Source of the DNA: an uncultured Candidatus Saccharibacteria bacterium
GTDB lineage: Bacteria > Patescibacteriota > Minisyncoccia > UBA6257 > JAKLIH01
Assembly (NCBI GenBank): GCA_964475745.1
Contig: CAYYXO010000001.1
Span: 1-51,516 of the forward strand
Length of the DNA: 51,516 nucleotides
Direction: 5' to 3'
In this document: one piece after another, positions 11,789 through 22,153 of the stretch
Layout of the letters: each line of letters begins with the position of its first letter
How positions within the stretch are numbered: the stretch's first letter is position 1
Program-made: the position numbers and the translations under genes
The notes under the pieces: model-generated
The model's database searches: none
What the model saw: only the letters and a program-made list of their open reading frames with translations
What the model was told of the DNA's origin: nothing

Positions 11789-13033
11789 ATGAAAAATAAA
11801 AAATATTTTGTTTTTATAATTATAGTGTTTTTGTCCTTTGGGCTTGTAAGTAAAAAAGCTTTTGCTTGAGATTGCCCTCTTCAAACAGTTGGCTTGTCTC
11901 GCACAAACCAACAAGGAAAATTTAATGAAGTAGTTGCTTTGCAAACAATTCTTTCTTTGTACCCTAACATTTATTCTGATGTTGAAATTGTTGGTGCTTT
12001 TGGTCCAAAGACAGAAGCTTCTATCAAAAGACTGCAAACAGACAATGGCTTGCCGGCCAATGGTGTTATTACTCAAGACACTCTTAATTTGCTTTGCCAA
12101 CAATACTACTACTGCCCCTTCAGAAGTATGGTTGGTCGAGGCGATGATTTAAACCCAGAGCAAATTATTGAAATAAAAATTCTTCAATCATTTCTTAAAT
12201 TTTTACCAGAAGTTAGATATACTGGTCCAGTGACCGGATTCTTCGGTGTTTTAACAGAACAAGCAATAACAAAATTTCAAAACGCCTACAATCACTATCC
12301 AACAAAAATAATGGATTTTGAAACTATAAATTCTCTATGCAACATCTTAAAAAACATCAATGATATTAATTTAACTAAAGCCGTAACTGCTTCTCCTAGA
12401 CCAGCAGCTCCAGCAACACGCGGGCCATTAATTGCTGTTTGTGTCGCTGACCCAAAGGAAGCTCAACCAAATCAAAAAGTCAACTTTTTGTCACAAACCA
12501 TCGGTGGTAACCCGCCTTATCGTTATCAATGAAGTGGCTATGCTTCAGGCACTAGCAATTCATCTTCTAATGTTTTTACAGGAAACGGTGCTTACACAGC
12601 TATTTTAAAAGTAACTGACAGTTCCAATCAAACAACTGAAACTAGCTGTCAAGCCATCGTTGGTTCTAGAGGCTACCAGCCACCTGCCAGCATACCGCCA
12701 ATAACCATGCCGACAACTACTACTACCACCACCAGAGCAACTCAGCCACCAACTGACTATACTGGAAAAGTGTCTATCCAAATGACTAGTGATTTTCATG
12801 AAATAAAACAAGCCAATGACACTATAAACATCTTTTGAACCAGCAACAATGCTGAAACATGTTATGCTACTTCTGCTCCAACACATCAAAGCTGAAATGG
12901 GCCTGTTAATTTAACTGGTCAAAAAACAATTTCTAACTTGAACATTGCTCCTGGCAATGCTATAATTTTTACTTTGGTCTGCAATAATCGCAACCAAACA
13001 GAAGTAAAATATGTTGTTATAGAAAGAAAATAA
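11789..13033 (+). CDS. Secreted protein: signal peptide, two peptidoglycan-binding (PG_binding_1-like) repeats, PKD-like domain, poly-Thr linker, C-terminal beta-rich domain
   Basis: ATG 11789. MKNKKYFVFIIIVFLSFGLVSKKAFA signal. Two G..T..AI..LQ..NGLPANG-type repeats. GGNPPYRYQ[W]SG..G.YTAILKVTDSSNQ (PKD signature). TTTTTTT linker. Two further in-frame TGAs. TAA at 13031-13033. Confidence 0.75.
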
Positions 13034-13046
13034 CTAAATTTTAAAA

Positions 13047-13904
13047 GTGCCTGAACTCCCAGAAGTTTTAACAACCATAAAATATCTAAAACCAAAAATG
13101 GTTTCTAAAACCATTGTTGATATTTGAAAAAACAAAAAAACAAAAATAGGCAACCAAATCAACAAGAGTTTTTCAAAAGCTCTTGTTAATAAAAAAATCC
13201 TTGCTATTGAGAATATTGGCAAATATATTTTATTTTATTTGAGCAGCGACTTGGTTTTAATTATTCACCAGAAAATTAGCGGTTACTTGCTTATCGATAA
13301 ATTTACCTATCAACAAGGAATTTGATACAAACCAAACCAAGAGACTTTACGCTTCCCTCTTATTGGCATCACGCTTAGCAATCTCTCTACTTTGGTTTTA
13401 ATAGACCACAGAAGACTAAGTCGCCTTTCGCTTGTTTATAAAAAAGACCTTTTAAAAATCACCCTCTTAAAACAAATGGGGTTAAACCCTCTTTTGCCAA
13501 GTTTTACCTGGCAAAGCCTTTATGATCAATTTACAAGACATCCTAGACTAAACCTAAAAAAAGCTCTTTTAAACCAAACTATTGTTAGTGGCCTTGGAAA
13601 TATTTATAGCGACGAAGTTCTTTTTTTAAGCAAGCTCAAGCCTTTTAAACTAGTTTCCACGCTCACTCAAGCAGAAATTAAACTTCTCCACAAAAATATT
13701 ATTAAAGTTTTAACATCGGCTATTAAAAACAAAGGCACCACTTTTGCCAACTACCACAATCCTAGCGGTCAAAAAGGCGGCCATTTAAAATATCTTAGGG
13801 TTTATCAGCGAAAAGATAAGCCCTGTCTTAGGTGTGGTGCTAAAATCAAATGTCTTAAAATTAATCAGCGCAGCAGCTATTTTTGTAATAAATGTCAAAA
13901 ATAA
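13047..13904 (+). CDS. mutM: Formamidopyrimidine-DNA glycosylase
   Basis: GTG start gives the canonical (M)PELPEV N-terminus. In frame with ORF 13392-13904 through TGAs. H2TH region and C-terminal zinc finger CLRCG..CNKCQ. Confidence 0.88.
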
Positions 13905-13907
13905 AAT

Positions 13908-14846
13908 ATGATCTATAATCTCTTTGGCGAAAACAGCTTTTTACTAAGCTTAGAACTAAAAAAACAAAAGTCTCTTTTTGAAAAACAAGGCTTTGATATT
14001 TTTTTTATTGATTTTGATTTGCCTGAAAATGAAACTAAAACACCCGCTGAATTTTTTAATCAAAAGCTAGCCAAACTAAAGACTGCCCTAGACAGTTACA
14101 ATCTTTTTAATAACAACAAAGCTGTCTTTGTTAAAAACTTCAACGAAAAAATTCTTCCTAAACCTGTTTTAAAAAAAATCATGCCTTCTTTTGAAAGAGC
14201 TTCAGAAGACAAAAATAGTTTTTTAATTTTTACCAGCAAAACAAAACAAACTTTATCAAAAAACACTAAGATAAAGTTTCTAGAGTTTAAAAAGTCGTCG
14301 CCAAAAGAAATTGATTCTTTTATCAAAGAAACTGCCAAACAAAACAATCTTACTCTTTCTTTAAAGGCAATTGATTTTTTAAAAAACAATTTTACCAACA
14401 ACCTCGAAGCTATTTATTTTGAAATTCAAAAACTAAGCAACTACAAGCAAACTATCGACGAAAAAGATATTTTAGCGTTAATAAGCAAGCCTAATGTTTC
14501 TATAGATTTTGCCATTACCAACGCCTTCAGCACTTTAAACAAAGTTTTTTGTTTTAAAACTTTATTAAACGAAATCAATGCCAACACCTTTGATTTATTA
14601 ATCTTTGGTTCAACCATAAGCTACTTAAGAAACGCTCTTTTGCTAAAAGAAAAACAGCTTATCAAATCATCTGTTTTTAAAATTCACCCCTTTGTAGAAA
14701 AGAAAATGACTCCCTTTATAAACAAATTTTCCGACAAGGAACTCAAGCTTTTTTACGGCCAGCTATATCAATATGATCTTCTCATAAAAAAAGGTCGCGT
14801 TGACACTTCCCTTTGCTTAAAATTATTTATTACCAAAAACATTTAA
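13908..14846 (+). CDS. holA: DNA polymerase III delta subunit (probable)
   Basis: 312-aa ORF. It shows the length, N-terminal LFGENSFLL pattern, and central and C-terminal helical regions (EIQKL..Y, HPF..K, D..IKKG) typical of HolA. Sequence is divergent. Confidence 0.6.
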   Translation: MIYNLFGENSFLLSLELKKQKSLFEKQGFDIFFIDFDLPENETKTPAEFFNQKLAKLKTALDSYNLFNNNKAVFVKNFNEKILPKPVLKKIMPSFERASEDKNSFLIFTSKTKQTLSKNTKIKFLEFKKSSPKEIDSFIKETAKQNNLTLSLKAIDFLKNNFTNNLEAIYFEIQKLSNYKQTIDEKDILALISKPNVSIDFAITNAFSTLNKVFCFKTLLNEINANTFDLLIFGSTISYLRNALLLKEKQLIKSSVFKIHPFVEKKMTPFINKFSDKELKLFYGQLYQYDLLIKKGRVDTSLCLKLFITKNI

Positions 14847-14878
14847 AACACCCGCCTATAATTAGGCGGGTGTTTTTA
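14845..14878. terminator. Bidirectional intrinsic terminator between convergent holA and rpsT
   Basis: Hairpin acacccgcc-tataatt-aggcgggtgt flanked by an A-run and a T-run. Confidence 0.8.
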
Positions 14879-15130
14879 TTTTAGCTTTTTGGCTAAGCGT
14901 GATTTTAATCTTGCTGCTTTGTTTTTGTGTAAAATATTCTTCTTAGCAGCCTTATCAACTGCCTTATAATATGTTTTTAAATCTTGCTTGGCACCTTCTT
15001 TGTCTTTGGCTAAAACCTTTTTTTCAATTCCTTTTTTGGCTTTCTTTACTTTTGTTTTATAAACCAAATTTTCAGCATAACGCTTTTTGCTTTGCTTTAA
15101 TGCTTTTTTGGCTGATTTAATAATTGGCAT
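14876..15130 (-). CDS. rpsT: 30S ribosomal protein S20
   Basis: 84 aa, MPIIKSAKKALKQSKKR.., Lys/Ala-rich, typical S20. Confidence 0.9.
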   Translation of the reverse strand: MPIIKSAKKALKQSKKRYAENLVYKTKVKKAKKGIEKKVLAKDKEGAKQDLKTYYKAVDKAAKKNILHKNKAARLKSRLAKKLK

Positions 15131-15250
15131 ATTCTGTTTTCTTTATTTTTTATTTAACTAAGTTATTATAACATACTAAAACAAAAAAGTAAAGTAAGCG
15201 AAAACAAAATGATGCCCTCCTTTTATAACTTCCCTTTTATGCCTTTTAAT

Positions 15251-17737
15251 CTAGCCCAAAGGCTCTTCGTCTGAGCCTTCTACTGGCTCTATATATCTAG
15301 TAACTTTAATTGATTTTTCTAAAATATTTAAACTCTCATCTTGCACTAAAACTCTTATTTCATTGCCTGAGACCAGGATATCTTTTTCAATTATAATAGT
15401 AAAAATGTCATCTCTTAGATGTTTTAGTTCGCCAATATAGTTATTGTTTATAAAAACTATTTTTTGATAAACATCAATTTCGCTTAAAACTTTTACTTGC
15501 ATTTCAAAATCATGATTTATTTCTTGTCCTGGTTGAATGTTTAAAAATTCTATGGTGATATTGCCTTCTTTTTCATCTTCACCTTTTGTGGTGGTGGTCG
15601 TGGTTTTGGTTTGATACTTTTCTTTATAAACATCCTCATTTAAAGGCTTGTTATAAAACTCATTAAAATTTTCTAGCCTAGAGCTTAACCAAGCCAAAAC
15701 CGGCTCTTGCCAATTCAAAAATTGGGAATCTTTTTCAGGATTTCTTGGTATTGGGCCTAGAGGATCTTTTTTATCAACAAAAAACAAAATCGTATTGGCT
15801 TGCAAAGTTCCTCCCAATTCATTTATATATTGACCATTTAGCATGGGTTTATCAATCGAAGTATAAGCTGGCTTTGAAAAATATTCTGTTGGTCTTTTTG
15901 ATAAAGCATATTTCATATATTCATTTCAAGCTGGCGCTGCCACCATGCCACCAGATGGACCCTCAAAAATTGGTTTATAATCATTGTTGCCAACTCAAAC
16001 GCCAGTAACAATATTAGGCGTATAACCAACAATTCAAGCATCACGAGAATCAGAACTTGTACCAGTTTTTGCTGCTACATCAATATTTTGACCAAAAAAC
16101 AAAGCGTTGTTTGCTGTACCAAAAAGTGGTGTTCTTGCCTGATTATCTGATAAAACATCGTTTACCATTCTAATATAATTTGGATTAAAAATTAATTTTG
16201 ATTTGTCTTGATATTCTTCGATTATTTTACCATCTTTGTCTGTTATTTTTAAAATAGTGCTTTGATTATGTCTTACTCCATCCTCACTTAAAACAGAGTA
16301 GGCCCCTACCATGTCATATAAAGTAACTGCTCCGCCTCCCAAAACTAAAGGTAGGCCATATTCTGCACTTCCTTTTGTAAAAGTTTTTATACCAAAGTTA
16401 AAAGCAAGCTCCAAAACATTGTCTATGCCTGCTAGATACAATGTTTTAACAGCTGGAATATTTAAAGACTGTGCTAACGAATTTCTTAAATTAACTGGCC
16501 CTCTAAAAATTCTATCGTAATTTTTAGGTATGTAAGGTCTATTTTCGTCAACAGAAAAATTTGTCTCGACATCAAAAACAATTGTATCTGGACTATATCC
16601 TTTTTCAAATAAAGCCAGGTAGGCAAAAGGTTTAAACAAAGACCCTGGTTGCCTTAAACCAAAAATTGCATTAAAATTGCCATCTATATCATAATTTCAA
16701 AAATCACGAGAACCAACCATGGCTAAAATTTGCCCTGTTTTTGGATCTTGAGTCAATAAGGTCATGTTATCAACACCAAATCTTTCTTCATTTTGCTGAC
16801 CATATCTTTTAACCACTTCTTCTGCCTTTTTTTGCAAATCATAATCGAGCGTGGTAATAATTTTTAAACCTCCTCTTTGCAACAAATCTTCTCCATATTT
16901 TGAAACCAGTTGTGATTGCACAAAAGCAACAAAATGAGGCGCTAAAATTGTTTGCTCCCTTGTTTTAAATTCTGTTTTTTCTTGTTTTATTTTTTCAACC
17001 TCTTCTGTTTCAGCCCAACCAAATTCAACCATTCTATCTAATACTCAGTTTTTTCTTATCTCCAGTCTTTCCCGGTTGTTTCCAAAAGGAGACAGAAATG
17101 TTGGTGCTTTTAACAGACTCGCTAGATAAGCAGCTTCTTTTAGATCTATGTCTTTGGCACTTTTGCTAAAATACAGCTGGCTAGCAGATTCAACCCCATA
17201 GGCGTTAAAACCATAGGGAACCTGGTTTAAATACATTTCAAAAATATCATCCTTAACATATTGACGCTCCAAATTAAAAGACAAAATCATCTCTCTTATT
17301 TTTCTCGCAGTTGATCTTTCTGTTGTTAAAAAAGCGTTTCTTGCTAGCTGCTGAGTGATGGTTGATCCTCCAGGTCCTTTACCCAAAGTAACAATATTTA
17401 AATAAGTTGCCCTTATTAAAGATTTTCATGACACCCCTTTATGGCTATAAAAAGCATCGTCTTCGGCAGCTAAAGTAGCTCATTTTATTACCTCTGGTAT
17501 CTCATTAAATTTTAAGTATTGCCTGTTTTCTAGTTGAGTTTGGTCATATAAAATAACCTCTCCCGTTCTATCATAAATAGAAAAATTTTCGTTAATAACT
17601 CTTTTTCCTAAGTTTTGTATGTCTGGCAAATCTTTAGAAAAATAAAACATTGTTGCTATAAAAACAACTCCTAACAAAACAAAAACTATAAAAATATTTC
17701 TAAAGTTTATTAGTTTTTTCAAAATTTTAATTATCAT
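15251..17737 (-). CDS. Bifunctional class A penicillin-binding protein (glycosyltransferase plus transpeptidase) with ~220-aa C-terminal extension
   Basis: Five track fragments (15251-15916, 16034-16639, 16697-17032, 17045-17386, 17480-17737) share one frame (2487 nt). N-terminal TM, AAEDDAFYSHKGV, GGSTITQQLARN, RQPGSLFKPF, KTGTS..RDA[W]IVGYTP, GV[W]VGNND, AAPA[W]NEYM. Confidence 0.93.
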
Positions 17738-18257
17738 GTTTAGATCTTACATTTATATTACCTACCTGGTTTATTTCTATAATTCTTTGGTAGTTGCCAG
17801 AAATAGCACCAATGGAAATCTTGCCATTCACAACCAAATTTTCACCTACATCATAAAGATATATCCTTGGCTCAGGCGGCAAATATATCAAAATTGAAAA
17901 GTTGACATTGTTTACAAAAGTATTTATCGGCAATCTTACTTCTTCTACCTTTTCTTCTTCTTGATATTTACTATCACCTTTTAAGTGCCTGTCACAAAAA
18001 TCAGAAAAAATAATGTAGCTATCTTTTTTATCTGGGTCAAAATAAATACCTCAACCACAAATTTTTTTGTCATCTATTTGCCTAGTTTGCATTGAAAGAT
18101 TTGCTACCCTTCTAATGTCAAAGGCCAACCTCTCTGAAGCTCTATTTATCTTATTTATATTTTCGCTTCTACGAGTATAGGAAATAGTAACTCCAAGCAT
18201 TATCATGATAATGGTTGAGGTAACTAATATTTCTATTAAGGTAAAGCTTTTTTTCAT
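17727..18257 (-). CDS. Minor type IV pseudopilin (GspH/FimT-like), 176 aa
   Basis: MKKSFTLIEILVTSTIIMIM class III signal/prepilin N-terminus. Fragments 18051-18257 and 17727-17933 are joined by one TGA. It overlaps the PBP1A start by 11 nt. Confidence 0.75.
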
Positions 18258-18266
18258 TTTTTTATT

Positions 18267-19181
18267 TTAAATAATATTTAAAAAATTAAAATAGAGCTGA
18301 AGTAATTTTTCTCCTCACATAAAAGTCATAAATCCTCCTAAAGCTAAATAAGGCCCAAAGGCAACATATTGTTTCATCTTCTTCTTTCCTGTTAAAATCA
18401 ACATTATACTGATTAATCCTCCGACAATAAAAGACAAGAATAAAAAGACAAATACAGCTGGAGCGCCTAAAATAAAGCCAACAAAACCAGCTATATAAGG
18501 ATCTCCATCACCCATCGCCTTCCCTTTAGTCGCTCATACAATTATTTGAATAGCCAAAAAACCAATAATCAACCCTAAAACATTGCTTCAAATGCCTAAA
18601 ACTCGCGGAAAGAAAAAACCAACGCTTCCAAGCCAATTGTTATAGAATTCGAAAAACATTATTGGCTGGAATTTGTTTACTAGCAACAAGGCTCCTTCGC
18701 CAATTAAGCCAACAAAAAAACCCGCGAACAAAAAACCATCTAAGACCACTAGGTTTCGTATATCAAAAATGGATATTAACACTAAAATAGAAACATAAAT
18801 TAGCCACAAGAACAGTGGGATAAAATTAACCACCATTGCCCAACCTTCCAAAATCAAAACTGAAGTATTATAAAAAGGTATTTGCAAAAAACGATAAAAA
18901 ACTAGGGCAAATAAAAGTCCCAACAAAACTTCTGTAAAAAGATTTAAAATTGATATTTTCTTTTTGCATTGACTACACTTTCCTCATAGAAAAATATAGC
19001 TTAAGATAGGAATATTTTCTCAAAACCTTAGCTTGTAGCCACAATGGTCACAATGCGACGGCTCTTTTATTATCTCTTTTTCTTTCTCTGATCTAAGAAT
19101 AATTACATTCAAAAAACTTCCCACCATAGATCCTAAAATAAACAACAAAATATATATAAAAGTTATTAAAAAACTTGACAT
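18267..19181 (-). CDS. pilD: Prepilin peptidase / N-methyltransferase (A24 family)
   Basis: Fragments 18315-18515, 18588-18926 and 19020-19241 are in one frame. CDHCGYKLRF[W]ENIPILSYIFL[W]GKCSQCKKKI zinc motif, multiple TM segments, GDGD active-site region. The start is chosen at the internal MSSFLITF (19181) because the upstream 20 codons look like promoter sequence. Ends at TAA 18267. Confidence 0.85.
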
Positions 19182-19243
19182 ATTGCTTCCATTTATTTTT
19201 GTTAATAAGTAAAATATAACAAATTTTTTATAAAATAACAAGA

Positions 19244-19277
19244 TAAAAAACCAGGCATTTTATACCTGGTTTTTTTT
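19244..19277 (-). terminator. Intrinsic terminator/attenuator after the major pilin gene
   Basis: Hairpin aaccagg-cattttata-cctggtt flanked by an A-run and a T-run. It sits between pilA and pilD, a classic position for differential pilin expression. Confidence 0.7.
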
Positions 19278-19285
19278 AAAATCTT

Positions 19286-19753
19286 CTACATAGTAATACA
19301 GTACATATTATCATTTAAACATTCTGACAGTCCAAATCTTGACTCTCTTAAGCTTTCTGTCAAGGCTGAATGTTTGGTTTCTAACTCTGCTCCCAAAACA
19401 TATGATTGACCGTTAGTGGCGTAAAAATATTTTTTACCTGAATTCACCAAAGGGTCATTTGGTAATTTATTTATGCTCAGGCCAACTTCTGTGCTGGTCA
19501 TATAGGTGTTTAGCTCATCTCAATCAATTTTATGCTCAGCGCCGGCTTGAGTTTGTGGATAAAAACCATATTTATTGTAATGCAACTCTAAAACTGTTTG
19601 GACATTTTTAAGATCAGTAATTCTTCTGGCATCCCTTGCGCTCGAACGACTTGCGCCCAAGCCAATGATAATCGAAGAAGCTAAAACACCGATAATAGCA
19701 ACCACAATTAACATTTCAATTAAAGTATATGCTTTTTTAAAATTTTTTATCAT
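19286..19753 (-). CDS. pilA: Type IV major pilin (155 aa)
   Basis: MIKNFKKAYTLIEMLIVVAIIGVLASS prepilin N-terminus with Glu+5. GspG/PilA-like ARDARRITDL.. region and C-terminal Cys pair (SECLNDNMYC). One in-frame TGA. TAG stop at 19286. Confidence 0.85.
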
Positions 19754-19774
19754 AGTTTACTTTTAATTTATTTT

Positions 19775-20980
19775 TTATATTGTTTGTGCTAATTGATAAA
19801 TTGGCAATAAAACACCCGCAATCAAAATTCCAACCAGCCCACCCAACACCACAATCAAAATTGGTTGTAACAATTCAAGCAAAACTGAAAAACCTCTTTC
19901 AACTTGATTAAAATAATAAACGGAAACTCTTTTCAATAACTCTGAAAGCCTTCCTGTATTTTCACCAATAGCTACCATCTGGGAAACCAATGGTGGAAAA
20001 TATTGTTCATATCTTAACATTAATTTATTTATTTGTTCACCGCTTCTCACGCCATCAGCTATTTCACTCGCAATATTTTTAAAAACAAAATTACCTGTTG
20101 CTCCTCCGGAAATCTCTAGAGCTTCAACAATTGGTATGCCGCCTACTAGCAAAGTGCTAAATGTTTCAGAAAATCGAGAAATATATATATTTTTATAAAT
20201 ATTGCCTAAAACTGGTATTTTCATTGATCAGTATGCTTTTAAATTTTGGCCCTCTCCACTATCAAGATAATTTTTAGCTGCCACAAACATGCCTAGCAAA
20301 ATCAACAAAACAACAAATCCTCAGTTAACTAAAAATCTACCTGCTGATATTAAAAGCTGCGTTAAAAATGGCGGGGTTCTTTCAAATTCTTGAAAAATAT
20401 CAACCATTTGTGGGGCAATAGACACAGTAATAACAGACCCCACTACTAAAAACACAATTAAAATAAAAATTGGATAAATAATAGCAGATTTTGCCTTTGA
20501 TTCTAATTCGCTTTCATTTTCTGCATAATCTGCCAAATAGCCAAATACTTGTTCTAGCCGACCAGAAACTTCTCCAGAACGAACCATTTCAATATAAAAG
20601 CGAGAAAAAATATTTGTACTTGCCATTGCTTGAGATAAAGTAAGTCCACCATCAATACTTGATATTAAACTAAACATCAAGTCTCTTGTTGCTGGAGTTC
20701 TTGATTGGTTTAAAATAGCTCTAAAAGATTCAAGTAAAGGAACTTTGGCTGATAACATAGTTGCCAATTGTCTTAATAAAACAGCGAGCTCTCTTCCCTT
20801 AATAGTATATTTTTTTTGAAAAATTTTATCCAAAAAACTAACTTCTTTTTTTCTTTTTATATCAAGTACTACCAAGCCATAGCTTTGCAATATTTGAAGG
20901 GCCAAATCTTCAGAACGAGCATTTATAACTCCCGACTTTGGCTCACCACTTTTTGTTTTTGCTTTATAAACAAATTCCAT
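19775..20980 (-). CDS. pilC: Type IV pilus platform protein (GspF/PilC family), 401 aa
   Basis: Fragments 19775-20224 and 20321-20980 are in frame through TGAs (..FLVN[W]GFVVLL..). Two GspF repeats with TM segments. Confidence 0.9.
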
Positions 20981-21002
20981 AAGTAAAATTTATTTTAATT
21001 GT

Positions 21003-22088
21003 TTAGCCCAATAAGTTCCTAAGCTCTGCTGGGTTAGAAGAATAAAACTCGGCTGTCTCCATTGAGATTTGTCTTTTTCTTACCAAATCAACTAAAGACC
21101 TGTTTAAGCTTACCATACCATCTTTCATCCCCGTTTCAATTACTAAATCTATTTGGTAAGTTTTATTTTCTCGGACCAAATTGCGAGCAGCTGTATTCAT
21201 AAGTAAAATTTCACAAACAGGAATTCTGCCTCCATCAATCTTTGGCACTAATCTTTGAGAAACAATACCAATTAAAGTTGCTGACAATTGTGATCGAATC
21301 TGCTGTTGTTGTGCAGAATCAAAGCTATCAATAATACGGTCAATCGTTTGGGCAGCTGAATTAGTGTGTAAAGTTGAAAAAACCAAATGGCCTGTTTCTG
21401 CTGCTGTTAAGGCAATTGCAATTGATTCAGCATCTCTCATCTCTCCAATCATAATTACATCAGGATCTTGCCTTAAAGAAGATCTTAGAGCATTATTAAA
21501 GTTTAGCGTATCTTCGCCAACTTCCCTTTGACTAACTAAGGCTCTATCTGGCGTATAAACATACTCTATCGGATCTTCAATAGTAATAATATGTTCCATT
21601 CTTTTGTGATTGATTTCATCAACAATTGAAGCCAAGGTGGTCGTTTTCCCTTGTCCAGCAGGACCAACTACCAAAAACAAACCCTGACTATAAGTTGCCA
21701 TATTATGTAGTACTGGAGGCAAGCCAAGCTCTTCTATTGTTTTAATAGCTATTGGAATCAATCTTAAAGCAATGGCCAAATATCCTTTTTGAAAAAAAAT
21801 ATTTACTCTAAAACGTATTTTGTCTTCCAAAGAAAAAGCAAAATCTATTTCTTTGTCTGACATTAAAAACTGCTGTTGTTGTTCGTTTAAAAGCATATTA
21901 GTAAATCCTATCATGGCATCAGGAGTAACAATCTCCTCTTTACTAATGGATATTAGTTTGCCATCTAGTCTGATGATAGGCCTCTTTCCTACACCCAAAT
22001 GCAAATCAGAAGCTCCTTGTTGAGAAGCCATCACCATCAACTCTATTAACTTTCTAGCAAAACGATCTTGATTTAACTCTGGATTCAT
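21003..22088 (-). CDS. pilT: Type IV pilus retraction ATPase, PilT family
   Basis: 361 aa. ASDLHL..G..P..R..G, Walker A GPAGQGKTT, Asp box ITIEDPIEY, Walker B DPDVIMIGEMRD, His box GHLVFSTLHTN. Confidence 0.9.
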   Translation of the reverse strand: MNPELNQDRFARKLIELMVMASQQGASDLHLGVGKRPIIRLDGKLISISKEEIVTPDAMIGFTNMLLNEQQQQFLMSDKEIDFAFSLEDKIRFRVNIFFQKGYLAIALRLIPIAIKTIEELGLPPVLHNMATYSQGLFLVVGPAGQGKTTTLASIVDEINHKRMEHIITIEDPIEYVYTPDRALVSQREVGEDTLNFNNALRSSLRQDPDVIMIGEMRDAESIAIALTAAETGHLVFSTLHTNSAAQTIDRIIDSFDSAQQQQIRSQLSATLIGIVSQRLVPKIDGGRIPVCEILLMNTAARNLVRENKTYQIDLVIETGMKDGMVSLNRSLVDLVRKRQISMETAEFYSSNPAELRNLLG

Positions 22089-22153
22089 AATATATTAATT
22101 TATTTATCTGTATATATTTTAGCAAGTATTTAAATTATTCGCAACTTTAAAAA

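Noticed and set aside
11747-12103. Minus-strand ORFs 11747-12103 and 12605-12889, overlapping the secreted PG-binding/PKD gene.
   Set aside because: The plus-strand frame carries a signal peptide and recognisable PG-binding and PKD motifs. The antisense translations are Cys/Ser/Trp-rich nonsense.
15251-17737. Apparent pseudogenisation: PBP1A, ileS, proS, alaS, pilB, pilC, pilD and others appear as 2-6 short ORFs in the standard-code track.
   Set aside because: All interruptions are TGA, the fragments stay in frame, and conserved motifs continue across every junction. This is stop-codon reassignment, not gene decay.
19182-19241. The longer PilD start at 19241 (MLFYKKFVIFYLLTKINGSN..).
   Set aside because: The extra 20 codons are A/T-rich sequence immediately after the pilA terminator and look like promoter or leader. 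The internal MSSFLITF start gives a typical PilD N-terminal TM helix. This is a low-confidence choice.
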